This document shows, piece by piece, positions 1-9,266 of a stretch of 64,000 nucleotides of DNA; the stretch's first letter is position 1, and every line of letters starts with the position of its first letter. The DNA is from Clostridia bacterium (GTDB taxonomy: Bacteria > Bacillota > Clostridia > Christensenellales > QALW01), in contig JAFXDC010000056.1 of NCBI GenBank assembly GCA_017516345.1, forward strand, positions 13,813-77,812. Direction: 5' to 3'. The notes beneath the pieces are model-generated. The model made no database searches. It had not been told where the DNA came from and saw nothing but the letters and a program-made list of their open reading frames with translations. Made by a program: the position numbers and the translations under genes.

Positions 1-940
1 CAAAAATATTGGCCGATTTCTCCTCTGCGCTTATGCACACGATATTGCAATTGGGTATGGCTTTTTTTGCAAGCTCGGCGCTTGCTACGATCTTGTAGCC
101 CGCAATGATCTCTGCCGCGGCATCAACGTTGGTATTTACATATTCAACGCTTTGTGCATACTCCTTGCAGAAATCAAGCACGGCCTGAGGATTCTGCTTT
201 GCAAACTCATCTCTTACCACGATACATCCCATGGAGAATATCTTGGTGCCGTCACAGGCCTCATCCCACGCCTTATTAAGGTCGATTACGTTTTTATAAC
301 CAAGATCCTTGCTTAAAAGGGTGGTTACAAAGGGCTCGGGGAGCACCACGGTATCCGCCTGACCCGCAACGCACATTGCAACAAGGGATGCATGATCTGC
401 GGCGTATTCCACCGTCACCTCATCCTTGATGCCGTTTTGAGAAAGGATATAATCAAGAGCATATTCGGGGGTAGAGCCCTGACCCGAGGAGTACACGGTC
501 TTGCCCTTAAGGTCTTCAACGGAGTCTATGGTTGCATCCTTTGAAAGCACGTAAAGAACGCCGAGAGTGTTAAGCGCAAGAAGCTTTACCTTGCCCTTTG
601 TTTTATTGTAGATGGTAGCCGCTACGTTGGTGGGAAGGGCGGCAATGTCGAGCTCACCGTTTATCAGCAGGGGCATGATGTCGGTGGGTGCACTGTACTG
701 TGAGAAGCTGTAGCGATTAAGACTTACCTTATCGTCGTTATCCTTCATAAGCTTGCTTGCACCCATTCCCGTGGGGCCGTTAAGAATGGCAATATTGACC
801 TGAGTGCGCTGCTCGTATGGGGGCAAGGTCTGCGCCGTTGACCCTGGTGTGGCTTCGGGTGTAGCCGTGCCCTGAGGAGAGGTGCATCCCACAAAGAGTA
901 AAACGGTTAAAAGTGTTAATGCTGCAAATAATTTTTTCAT
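1..940 (-). CDS. ABC transporter substrate-binding lipoprotein (NMT1/TauA-like), C-terminus outside window
   Basis: Own minus-strand translation from ATG at 938-940 gives MKKLFAALTLLTVLLFVGC (lipobox), then TSPQGTATPEATPG...VNIAILNGPTGMG. An AGGAAGGA RBS lies upstream. The ORF is absent from the track because it runs off the window. I did not verify the whole frame codon by codon. Confidence 0.6.
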   Translation of the reverse strand, partial: MKKLFAALTLLTVLLFVGCTSPQGTATPEATPGSTAQTLPPYEQRTQVNIAILNGPTGMGASKLMKDNDDKVSLNRYSFSQYSAPTDIMPLLINGELDIAALPTNVAATIYNKTKGKVKLLALNTLGVLYVLSKDATIDSVEDLKGKTVYSSGQGSTPEYALDYILSQNGIKDEVTVEYAADHASLVAMCVAGQADTVVLPEPFVTTLLSKDLGYKNVIDLNKAWDEACDGTKIFSMGCIVVRDEFAKQNPQAVLDFCKEYAQSVEYVNTNVDAAAEIIAGYKIVASAELAKKAIPNCNIVCISAEEKSANIF

Positions 941-969
941 AGTATTTTCCTTCCTTTTTAAATAGATCT

Positions 970-1227
970 TTAATGTAATACCTTGCTTGTAAGAGCGCTT
1001 TTTACCGCCACCCTCTCAAGCTGTCCCAGGCTTCCCGTAAGAGCACCGATACGGTTTGTGTCCCCCTTGACCACAAGAGAGATCACCGAGATATTGTCAT
1101 CCTCAAAGGGAAGCCCCATTCTGCCTCTTATTATGTCACTGAATTTAGATAAAATTGCATTGACCTTTTGAGCATCGTTTTTGGGGTCGTCCAGAACTAT
1201 TCCGACCACTCCGATCCTTAATTCCAT
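970..1227 (-). CDS. TM1266-family ACT-like small regulator (family annotated as iron-only hydrogenase system regulator)
   Basis: 85 aa, MELRIGVVGIVLDDPKNDAQKVNAILSKFSDIIRGRMGLPFEDDNISVISLVV. This matches the TM1266/TIGR03959-type pattern recalled from memory. RBS AAAGGAGG. It is the first gene of an operon with the downstream ABC binding protein. Confidence 0.65.
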   Translation of the reverse strand: MELRIGVVGIVLDDPKNDAQKVNAILSKFSDIIRGRMGLPFEDDNISVISLVVKGDTNRIGALTGSLGQLERVAVKSALTSKVLH

Positions 1228-1261
1228 TTTGCCTCCTTTTGATGCAGAACCTCTTTAAAAT

Positions 1262-1290
1262 GCAAAAAACCTCTTCCCAAAGGAAGAGGT
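1262..1290 (-). terminator. Leader (attenuator) terminator upstream of the TM1266-like gene
   Basis: Minus strand reads ACCTCTTCC-TTTG-GGAAGAGGT followed by TTTTTTGC. It lies about 35 nt before the start codon and inside the 5' leader. Confidence 0.6.
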
Positions 1291-1429
1291 AAGTATGCCA
1301 AATTACAATGGTTCCCGGGTGGGGATCATTTATTACCGTCCTCCTTTGCTCAGGCAGGAGCCCTTACATCAGAATCCTTATTTCAGATATGCCTTACATT
1401 GAATATAGTATTCTTTGATCAGCAAGATA

Positions 1430-1458
1430 ATTATACAGTCTTTTTACCTTATTGTAAA
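1430..1458 (-). promoter_or_regulatory. Sigma-A type promoter of the TM1266-like/ABC operon
   Basis: Minus strand: TTTACA, 17-nt spacer, TATAAT. Confidence 0.55.
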
Positions 1459-1492
1459 GCGAAATCGGGCGTTTTTTATGCAAAAAGCCTTA

Positions 1493-1507
1493 AATTTTCT
1501 GAAAATT
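1493..1507. promoter_or_regulatory. Perfect CodY box
   Basis: AATTTTCTGAAAATT equals the 15-bp CodY consensus AATTTTCWGAAAATT (15/15). It lies 35 bp upstream of the -35 hexamer at 1453-1458 and touches the ctpA-like stop codon. codY is encoded at 41984..42751. Confidence 0.5.
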
Positions 1508-2667
1508 TAAGCTTCGGCTCGCAAAAGCTCAAGTGCCTTCTGAAGCTGAGTATCCTCTGCATCGGTCATGTCTGCAGGTCTTGACTCCACTCCACCCGGA
1601 AGCTGAACCACGTGATCGGGAGTGATCCCCACGCCCTGAATGCACTCTCCCTTGGGCAGATAGTACTTTGCCGTGGTAAGCTTAAATGCGCCGTCGTTTG
1701 GAAGATTATATGTGGTTTGCATTATTCCCTTGCCGTAGGTACGGGTACCCACGGTTATTGCCACTGCGTGATCCCTTGCAGCTCCCGTAAACGCCTCGGA
1801 GGCGCTTGCGGAGTAGGCGTTTGTGAGTATCACTATGGGCTTCTCTATGCGGCTTGCATCGCTTTTTTTCTCGCTTATGCGGTTGCCGTATCTGTCCATG
1901 GCATAGATAATATCCCCCTCGGGAAGTATCAGATCGGCGGTCTTGGCAAGGATATCAAGGCTTCCTCCGAGATTGTCGCGAAGGTCGATTATGATCCCCT
2001 TGGCGTTTGCCTCCTCTGCGCTTTTAATTGCCTCGGTGAATTTTTCCACGGCATTGCCGTTAAAGCTTAAGAATTCTATATAGGTGATATCCTCTATCTG
2101 TCTGTATTTCACCATGGGAGCGGTAACCAGGGCGCGGACAGGGTTAAATATTATCTCGTCACTGCCGCGTCTTACCCTTATTTTGACCTCGGTGCCGTTT
2201 TCCCCGCCCACGAGCTGAGAGAGGGCGTCGGCATCAAGACCCACTACCGAGGTATCATCCACGGCAAGGAAAACATCCCCCGCCTTCATTCCCACCTTTT
2301 GTGCGGGTGAGTCGGGATAGACCTCCGTGATCACTATGCCCTCCTCCGTGCTTGTTATTACCACCCCTATGCCGCCGCGGATTATACCGTTTTTATCATC
2401 GTTATGCTTAACAAGCTCCTCAGCGGTATAATAATGCGCATAATCGTCCTCAAGCATACCCGCAAGACCCGAGATCATACCGTCCACGAGCTGCTGCTCG
2501 GTGAACTCGTTTACCGATCTATCCTTTGCGATATTATATGCGTGCAGTATGGATTCAAGGCTTTTGGCGCTCATGGTTTTGGTAAAGCGAAGCTCCTGCA
2601 CCGCCACACCGATAATAATACCCAATACAAGCATTAACGCTACGAGCCATTTTCCTTTATTCTTCAT
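1507..2667 (-). CDS. S41 family carboxyl-terminal processing peptidase with N-terminal membrane anchor and PDZ
   Basis: 386 aa. It has an N-terminal TM helix, a PDZ-like segment (GVVITSTEEGIVITEVYPDSPAQKVGMKAGDV) and an S41 core (IIDLRDNLGGS...NAYSASASE). Confidence 0.8.
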   Translation of the reverse strand: MKNKGKWLVALMLVLGIIIGVAVQELRFTKTMSAKSLESILHAYNIAKDRSVNEFTEQQLVDGMISGLAGMLEDDYAHYYTAEELVKHNDDKNGIIRGGIGVVITSTEEGIVITEVYPDSPAQKVGMKAGDVFLAVDDTSVVGLDADALSQLVGGENGTEVKIRVRRGSDEIIFNPVRALVTAPMVKYRQIEDITYIEFLSFNGNAVEKFTEAIKSAEEANAKGIIIDLRDNLGGSLDILAKTADLILPEGDIIYAMDRYGNRISEKKSDASRIEKPIVILTNAYSASASEAFTGAARDHAVAITVGTRTYGKGIMQTTYNLPNDGAFKLTTAKYYLPKGECIQGVGITPDHVVQLPGGVESRPADMTDAEDTQLQKALELLRAEA

Positions 2668-2746
2668 AAAAATCCCTCTTTTCGGATATATTTGATTATT
2701 GCTTTTACAAGCATTACTAAGTATTTGTAAACATTCCTCTGTCAGA

Positions 2747-2788
2747 GCAAAATTGCCGCCCGTTCTGCTTTTGCAACGGTGGCGGCAA
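2747..2788 (-). terminator. Rho-independent terminator after the PucR-like gene
   Basis: Minus strand: TTGCCGCC...GGCGGCAA followed by TTTTG. Confidence 0.6.
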
Positions 2789-2801
2789 TTATTTTACAAT
2801 A

Positions 2802-3746
2802 TTAATCCTTATAGTTGAGCCGCGCAAGGGCAAGTATAAGTCTTAACGTGACCGCATCATCAAAGCACGTGGCATCAAGCCCCGCACTCTTGCGTATTTT
2901 ATCAAGCCTATAGATAAGCGTGTTTCTGTGCATGAAAAGCTCTTTTGCGGTCTGACTTATATTAAGATTTTGCTTGAACAGCTCGTCAAGCAGGCTTTGC
3001 GTTTCATCATCTATTGTATGCTGAATTCGCATTATCAATTCCGAATGCTTGATAATAATATCCTCGGAAATACCGGAAAGCAATATTTCGGGGAGCATAC
3101 GGTTATACTGCCATATACCGCCCTCATATGACAGACGTCTGCCTATGGTGATGGCCTCACGCGCCGTTCTTCTTGAGGATGATATCCCCACAAGGTTTGC
3201 CACCGACTCCCCTATTCCGATGTGTACGTCGGTGTTGAAATCGTTTAAGAAGGTCTCTCTGAGCGCACCCGCCGTCTCAGGAAGGTCCGCCTCGGGAATG
3301 GAGGAGCTTACAACGTCTATCTCCTCGCTGTCCATTTCCACCACTACGGAATCCTCCTGCGCAAAGATATCCCGCAGGGTCTGACACATTGCCTCGGTGA
3401 CCGTCTTCTCGGGCATTATACACATTACCGTTCTGCGCTCGTCAAGTCTTATGCGCACTCTTTTGGCAAGAATGGTCATATGATCAAGATCAAGACTGTT
3501 ATGCAGTGCCGCCTTGAATATACCCTCGTTACTTGGCTGAGTAACCGCTCTTTCATTTTCTATTGCCTGCATGGCGGCGGACCTGTCCATCATTACCCCG
3601 CCTACGGTATCGTTGTCCTGAGAAAAATACAGCACACCGTCCAAATAGCATGGCAGCTTGCTGAACAGCAGCTCATCGGGCAAATGCTCGGGAAGTCTGT
3701 GCGAGCCCGCTATTTTTATACCGTTATTATAAATGGCGCTGTACAA
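2802..3746 (-). CDS. PucR/CdaR-family transcriptional regulator
   Basis: 314 aa. The C-terminal HTH LNISQTAKELFMHRNTLIYRLDKIRKSAGLD is typical of the PucR C-terminal domain. Confidence 0.7.
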   Translation of the reverse strand: MYSAIYNNGIKIAGSHRLPEHLPDELLFSKLPCYLDGVLYFSQDNDTVGGVMMDRSAAMQAIENERAVTQPSNEGIFKAALHNSLDLDHMTILAKRVRIRLDERRTVMCIMPEKTVTEAMCQTLRDIFAQEDSVVVEMDSEEIDVVSSSIPEADLPETAGALRETFLNDFNTDVHIGIGESVANLVGISSSRRTAREAITIGRRLSYEGGIWQYNRMLPEILLSGISEDIIIKHSELIMRIQHTIDDETQSLLDELFKQNLNISQTAKELFMHRNTLIYRLDKIRKSAGLDATCFDDAVTLRLILALARLNYKD

Positions 3747-3799
3747 AATATCACCTCTTTCGCCATAAGGCGACTTTTCATTTTTATTAAGTGATGCAT

Positions 3800-5191
3800 T
3801 TAATTAAGTGGCATCAATGGATCCGACACGATGGGTATAAGTTCCGTAGTTACTGCAGGGACGGATGACTCGGGCATAAGAGATGGCACCGTTGCAGTAA
3901 TGGTGGGAATCTCAAGCGATGGCAAGGGAGGGGTGGGCACGGCAGTCGGGGGTGCGGCTGTCGGCGGCACGGTCTGAACCCCTCCGCCTCCGTAGCTTTC
4001 CTCGTTTTTAAACCTGCTGAGCTTGGTAACGTCACAGCTCCAGAAGGTGGCGCTGGTGAATTTTCCGCCCTCAAAGCGGGTATTTTGCCAAGGTGAATAC
4101 GCTCTTTCCGCGGCATTGAGCATAACGTGCGCCTCGAGCGCGGGCATGCTTCCCTGAAGGGTCATGAAGCGGACCTCACCGGTGGTGGGGTTTTTAATCA
4201 TGTCACAGATGAGCACCACGTGGCCTGTGGTGATGGTTTCGGTCTTAGGCTGGATAAACATATCCCCTATCTGCATATCGGTAACGCTTACGGGCTCAAG
4301 GTCGTATTTATCCATGGAATAGGTGCTTGCGCTCGCAAAGATGGCACGCATCCATATTTTGAACACGGTTCTTGTAGCACCGGTGTAGTTATCGCTGTTT
4401 CTTGTCCAACGCTTATTTCTATCGGTGTTATATTTATAGCGATATCCGTTCATATACCTTACAAAATCAATGGTATCGCCGTTTACGGTCTTATATTTCA
4501 TCTCGCTGTAGCGACCGTTTGCAAAAAGATACTCGGCGTAAAGATGCATTACCGTATCGGCACATTGCTCGCTATCGTTGATCATCTGAATATCAAGTAT
4601 TGCGGCGTGCGCAGGGGGCACGTTATATATCTCGGCAGGCACAAGTGAGGAGGGTGTGCCGCTACTGTTGATATAATGGAGCAGTGCTCCGTCCTCCTTG
4701 AGGGGGAGATTTCGTAAGTACTCCGCAAAGCTTCCCTCGGGCACCGGCACCCTTTCAAAGCCCGCGGGCACCTTGAAGCGTGTTGCTATGGTGCTTCCGG
4801 ACGGATCCACAAGCTCGTTAAACATGGGACTTGGAGTCTCCACGGGAGTGGGATGGGGTGTGGGCGCAGGTGTGGGTGTTGGCTTTGGCTTTTTGGTCTT
4901 GGTGGTGGTCACCTTTACCGTGGGAGTGGGTGTCACCTCCGGAGTCGCGGTATCGGTGGGCTCAACGGTGATCTCCGGAGTTACTGTATCGGTGGGCGAC
5001 GGCGTGGGTGACGGTGTGGGTGTGGGCGTGGGTGTGGGCGTAGGCGACGGCGAGGGTGTAGGAGCCGCGGTAGGCGTATCGGTAGGCTTAACGCTTGGCA
5101 CCTCGGTAGTCGACCCGAAATACTCACATCCGGTTGAAATTGATAATAACGATATAATAAGGAGTATGATCATTACTCTTTTAGCCTGCAT
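3800..5191 (-). CDS. Secreted lipoprotein with long Pro/Thr/Ser linker and DUF4846-like domain
   Basis: The track ORF starts at a TTG (5206). An ATG at 5191 with a GAGGA RBS is more likely. The lipobox is LSISTGC. The domain ATRFKVPAGFERVPVPEGSFAEYLRNLPLK...EQCADTVMHL...TGHVVLI resembles DUF4846, as recalled from memory. Confidence 0.6.
   Translation of the reverse strand: MQAKRVMIILLIISLLSISTGCEYFGSTTEVPSVKPTDTPTAAPTPSPSPTPTPTPTPTPSPTPSPTDTVTPEITVEPTDTATPEVTPTPTVKVTTTKTKKPKPTPTPAPTPHPTPVETPSPMFNELVDPSGSTIATRFKVPAGFERVPVPEGSFAEYLRNLPLKEDGALLHYINSSGTPSSLVPAEIYNVPPAHAAILDIQMINDSEQCADTVMHLYAEYLFANGRYSEMKYKTVNGDTIDFVRYMNGYRYKYNTDRNKRWTRNSDNYTGATRTVFKIWMRAIFASASTYSMDKYDLEPVSVTDMQIGDMFIQPKTETITTGHVVLICDMIKNPTTGEVRFMTLQGSMPALEAHVMLNAAERAYSPWQNTRFEGGKFTSATFWSCDVTKLSRFKNEESYGGGGVQTVPPTAAPPTAVPTPPLPSLEIPTITATVPSLMPESSVPAVTTELIPIVSDPLMPLN
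4835..5090 (-). repeat. Low-complexity coding repeat (PT/PS linker)
   Basis: The plus strand shows GGTGTGGGY-type tandem units. Translated on the minus strand these give TPTAAPTPSPSPTPTPTPTPTPSPTPSPT... Confidence 0.8.
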
Positions 5192-5224
5192 CAAATATGT
5201 CCTCAAAACAAAAATATTTATGAT

Positions 5225-5253
5225 ATTTTATCATATATATCCGAAATATGCAA
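5225..5253 (-). promoter_or_regulatory. Candidate promoter of the DUF4846-like lipoprotein gene
   Basis: Minus strand: TTGCAT, 17 nt, TAAAAT. Confidence 0.4.
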
Positions 5254-5374
5254 CAAGTACAAAATAAGTTACTCATTGCAATTGGAAAAAAAGTGTTTTT
5301 TTATTCTTTTTACGTCGATTTTTGAAGAACACGAGATGGCATCACCCATTTCGTAAAACAATAAATACCGCATA

Positions 5375-5408
5375 CAAAAAGAACAAACGGCAGAAAGCTC
5401 TGCCGTTG
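5375..5408 (-). terminator. Terminator after the ABC exporter pair
   Basis: Minus strand: AACGGCAGA-GCTT-TCTGCCGTT followed by TGTTCTTTTTG. Confidence 0.65.
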
Positions 5409-5416
5409 ATCTTGAT

Positions 5417-7198
5417 TTATTCGCTCAAGCCTGCAAGTTGAGACTTGTTAAGCTCATAATATATGCCCTTTTTCTCAAGCAGTTCCCTATGCGTGCCCCT
5501 TTCCGCTATCCCCTTATCCGATATGACCATAATGCAATCGGCATTTCTGATGGTGGAGAGTCTGTGGGCAATTACAAAGGAGGTCCTACCCTCAAGGAGG
5601 GAGGATATGGCGCGTTGAAGCATCATTTCGGTCTTGGTATCTATTGCGCTTGTTGCCTCGTCAAGGATTATTATCCTGGGGTCGGCAAGCACGATACGTG
5701 CAAAGGACAGCAGCTGCTTTTCCCCTGCAGAAAGTCCCGCGCCGCGCTCCTCCACCCTGGTATAATACTTATTGGGGAGCTTTTCTATAAATTCATCGGC
5801 AAAGACCTTTTTAGCCGCCGCAATGCATTCCTCGTCAGTGGCATCGGGCTTACCGTATCGGATATTTTCCATAATATTGCCCGAGAAGACGAAGGATTCC
5901 TGCATCATGGTGGTCACCTGCTCACGCAAGGATCTGAGCTTCACCTTTCTTATATTATATCCGTCGATAAATATGGCACCGTCATTGCAATCGTAAAAGC
6001 GCGAAAGCAGGTTGACTATGGTGGTCTTTCCCGCACCCGTAGGCCCTACAAGCGCCACGGTCTGCCCCGCCTTTACCGAGAAGGAAACGTCGTTGAGAAC
6101 GTAATCATCACCCTCATAAGCAAAGGTAACGTGGTCAAACACTACGTCGCCCCTTACGGGGGGCATATCCTGTGCTCCCTCCTCGTCCTTTATCTCCACG
6201 GGAGCATCGATGGTGGCAAATATCTTTTCGGCGTTTGCCATTACCGACACTATCTGTCCGTAAATGATGCTTAAGGAGTTTATCGGAGTCCAGAATCTGG
6301 AAACGTAGGTGGCAAACGCAAAGAGAGCACCCGCCTCAATGGCCTTATTGGCTATCATATAGTATCCCATAACGTAGAGCACAAGCAGACTGAGCACGCC
6401 CGAAATATCTATCACCGGCCACATGATGGTGGACCATTTGACCTGATCCATCGTGGTTTTTTTGACCTGATCGTTAAGGGAGCTGAATTCCGTGCTGTTT
6501 TTCTGCTCTCTGTTAAAGGCCTGGACGGTGTAGACACCCATTATATTCTCATGGATGTAGGCGTTACGGTTGCTTATCTTATTTATTGCGGGGATCCTTA
6601 GCTTTTCAAGCTTTCTGCGGAAGAGCACAAGGAAGACCATCAACGGGATAACAGTAATAAAGCTTATGAGCGTAAGCATGGGATCCATGATGAGCATGAT
6701 TATCACCACGCCTATAAGTGATACGAAATCAGCCACTATGGTAACAAGGCTATTGCTTAAAAGATCGGCAAGTGCGTCGACGTAGCTTGTGACCCTGACA
6801 AGTATCTTGCCTGTGGGAAGATCGTCAAAAAAGCCAAAGGAAAGCTCCTGAAGATGCTCGAAGACCTTTTTGCGCATATCATAAACTATGGTCTGTCCAA
6901 GCTTGGTTATGACCACTCCGCGAAGCATGTTTATCAGCTTTTCCATTATCGGTATCGTGCAGATGATGCCCACGAATAAAAGAGCGCCGTTTACGTCCTT
7001 ATTGGGATAGACCTCGTCCATCATTATTCGTGTAAGCTGAGGAGCAAAAAGCGAAAGTGCCACAGAGAACATCACTACAAGTATGCATATGATAAATCTT
7101 TTTGTATACGGAACGCAAAATGAGAGCATTCGCTTCATCAGATGGCCGTCTATTCCCTTGCGCGCGCTTTCGTCGTCGTAATATCTGTTACGTGCCAT
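5417..7198 (-). CDS. ABC exporter, fused permease/ATPase (heterodimer subunit)
   Basis: 593 aa. It has a six-TM region plus an NBD with Walker A GPTGAGKTT, signature LSAGEKQ and Walker B IIILDEATS. Confidence 0.85.
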   Translation of the reverse strand: MARNRYYDDESARKGIDGHLMKRMLSFCVPYTKRFIICILVVMFSVALSLFAPQLTRIMMDEVYPNKDVNGALLFVGIICTIPIMEKLINMLRGVVITKLGQTIVYDMRKKVFEHLQELSFGFFDDLPTGKILVRVTSYVDALADLLSNSLVTIVADFVSLIGVVIIMLIMDPMLTLISFITVIPLMVFLVLFRRKLEKLRIPAINKISNRNAYIHENIMGVYTVQAFNREQKNSTEFSSLNDQVKKTTMDQVKWSTIMWPVIDISGVLSLLVLYVMGYYMIANKAIEAGALFAFATYVSRFWTPINSLSIIYGQIVSVMANAEKIFATIDAPVEIKDEEGAQDMPPVRGDVVFDHVTFAYEGDDYVLNDVSFSVKAGQTVALVGPTGAGKTTIVNLLSRFYDCNDGAIFIDGYNIRKVKLRSLREQVTTMMQESFVFSGNIMENIRYGKPDATDEECIAAAKKVFADEFIEKLPNKYYTRVEERGAGLSAGEKQLLSFARIVLADPRIIILDEATSAIDTKTEMMLQRAISSLLEGRTSFVIAHRLSTIRNADCIMVISDKGIAERGTHRELLEKKGIYYELNKSQLAGLSE

Positions 7199-8970
7199 TA
7201 CTGCACCCCCTCTACTGCAGCGATAAGCTCGCCGTACTGCTCGTTGAAGACCTCGTAGTATCTTCCCTTAAGCTCCAGTAACTGCTCATGTGTGCCTCGC
7301 TCCACTATAACACCGTTTTCAAGGTAGATTATCTCGTCACATCCCTTTACCGAGGATGCTCTGTGAGCGATGGTTACCACGGTATGGCCGCTAAGCTCGC
7401 GTGAAAGGCTCTTGGTAAGCTCGCGCTCTGTCTCCATATCAAGCGCACTTGAGGCGTCATCCATTATAATAACAGGGGCATTTTTGAGCACGGCTCTGGC
7501 GATGGATATCCTCTGCTTCTGTCCGCCCGAGAGTCCCATTCCCCTCTCACCTATTACGGTGTCGTATCCGTCGGGCAATCTTTCTATAAAATCAGCAGCC
7601 TGAGCGGTTTTTGCCGCCCATTTTATCTTATCCTCGGGCGCGTCGGGGTCAAAGAATGCAATATTTTTCTCCACCGTTTCGCTAAAGAGGAATACGTCTT
7701 GACTTACCGGCGAGAACAATGCACGCGTACGCGCAAGCTTTATATCCCTTACGTCAATACCGTCCACCGTTATATTGCCGTTTGTGGGGTCGTAATAACG
7801 CATAAGCATGTTCACAAGCACGGTCTTTCCCGAGCCGGTCTTACCCATGATGCCCAAGGTCTTACCAAGGGGCAGATCAATATTTATATCCTTTAAAACA
7901 CATTTGCCGTCAAAGGACATGCTAAGGTCGGTTATTTTTATATCCCCCTTAAGCTCACGATCCACGGCGTCGGGCTTATCTGCAAGCTCGCTTCCGCGTC
8001 CCAAAAGGTCAAGTATCTTACCGGCACTTGTTATTGATTGCTGAGAGACGCTTATCCACGATGGGAGCTGAGAAAAGAGGTTTATGATATATCCCAGATA
8101 TCCTCCGGTCGATACGAGCTGACCGATGGTCATTTTGTCGTTGAATATAAGGATGGCACCCACGATATTGACCATTATATACGGAAGTGCAGAGCAAAGA
8201 TCCATAGGAAGATAGGATCTGACGTATTCCTTAAGGTAATCAAACCTTGCCTGAAGAAGCTTTTTATTATGCGCTTCAAACTCCTTGATCTCCAGCTCCT
8301 CATTATTAAAGGCCTTAACGATCCTGATACCGTTTATATTTTCCTGGGTCCTACGGGAGAGATCTGCGGAAAAATCGCGGATATCAAGCACGTATGGGCG
8401 TATTCTTTTGCCTGCACGTCTTGAAAGGAACGCCACCACAGGCATAGCGATAACCGAGCTGAAAAAGATAAGCGGATCAATGGTGCAAAGCATTATTGCG
8501 GCAAAGACAAATCCCACCACGGTCTCGAACATTTGCGGAATGGTGCCGATGAAGAAGTTCTTTACGGTTTCGGGGTCACCGTTGATAACGGTCATAAGAT
8601 TGCCGGTATTCTGTTGATGGAGATAGCGCTGCGACTGATTGATAAGATTATCAAAAAGATCCTGGCGCATGCTGTTTACCGCAAGCTGTGCGGTATTGGC
8701 ATTAATGACTATCCTGAAATAGTGCAAAGTCTGCCTGATAATAGATTGCCCCACCATAACAATGCAAAGACCCACCAAAAGCTCGGTGCCCTTGAGTGTA
8801 AGTCCTGCAAATTCAAGTGGGGTATTTGTAAAAAGATTGTCGAAAATAAGCTCCTGCACCTTAGGCATGAGCATGCCCAGTGCAACAACGATCAAACCCA
8901 AAACGATATAGAGAATTATTTCTCCAAGATACGGTGTGAAATACCTAAAAAGCTTTTTCAGTATTTTCAT
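7198..8970 (-). CDS. ABC exporter, fused permease/ATPase (heterodimer subunit)
   Basis: 590 aa. Walker A GKTGSGKTV, signature LSGGQKQ, Walker B VIIMDDASS. Its stop overlaps the partner's start by 1 nt. Confidence 0.85.
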   Translation of the reverse strand: MKILKKLFRYFTPYLGEIILYIVLGLIVVALGMLMPKVQELIFDNLFTNTPLEFAGLTLKGTELLVGLCIVMVGQSIIRQTLHYFRIVINANTAQLAVNSMRQDLFDNLINQSQRYLHQQNTGNLMTVINGDPETVKNFFIGTIPQMFETVVGFVFAAIMLCTIDPLIFFSSVIAMPVVAFLSRRAGKRIRPYVLDIRDFSADLSRRTQENINGIRIVKAFNNEELEIKEFEAHNKKLLQARFDYLKEYVRSYLPMDLCSALPYIMVNIVGAILIFNDKMTIGQLVSTGGYLGYIINLFSQLPSWISVSQQSITSAGKILDLLGRGSELADKPDAVDRELKGDIKITDLSMSFDGKCVLKDINIDLPLGKTLGIMGKTGSGKTVLVNMLMRYYDPTNGNITVDGIDVRDIKLARTRALFSPVSQDVFLFSETVEKNIAFFDPDAPEDKIKWAAKTAQAADFIERLPDGYDTVIGERGMGLSGGQKQRISIARAVLKNAPVIIMDDASSALDMETERELTKSLSRELSGHTVVTIAHRASSVKGCDEIIYLENGVIVERGTHEQLLELKGRYYEVFNEQYGELIAAVEGVQ

Positions 8971-9036
8971 AGAGTATCCTCCCGGCCGTTTTCAGCGGCT
9001 CGCGCAAAATGCGCAAGATGGATTTTCTTTTGGTTA

Positions 9037-9065
9037 ATTATATATAAAATATGCTGCAATGTAAA
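9037..9065 (-). promoter_or_regulatory. Promoter of the ABC exporter operon
   Basis: Minus strand: TTTACA, 17 nt, TATAAT. Confidence 0.55.
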
Positions 9066-9266
9066 CCCGTTGACACAACCTCTTTACCCAGATATCACAA
9101 TAAACAAGGCAAAATCAAGCGTAGGATCAAAATAAAGCGCTATTTCTTTGTTTTTTAAACTAATTCGCACTTTTACTTAAATTTAGGTTTTTGCGAAATC
9201 TTTTCCTTTAAAATGAAGATAAAAAATAACGTTTTTTACTAATTGCTGTTTTGATCCGAAAAATAG

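Noticed and set aside
1228-1429. Assignment of the leader to the TPP riboswitch (because of the NMT1/THI5-like binding protein) or to a T-box
   Set aside because: A CUGAGC is present, but it sits in a hairpin loop, not in the J3-2 position. There is no ACCUGAUCUGGAUAAUGCCAGCG-like P4/P5 segment and no T-box GGUGGUACCGCG sequence. The class is left unassigned.
4698-5267. 189-aa plus-strand ORF rich in GVG repeats
   Set aside because: It is the reverse frame of the PT-linker of the lipoprotein gene.
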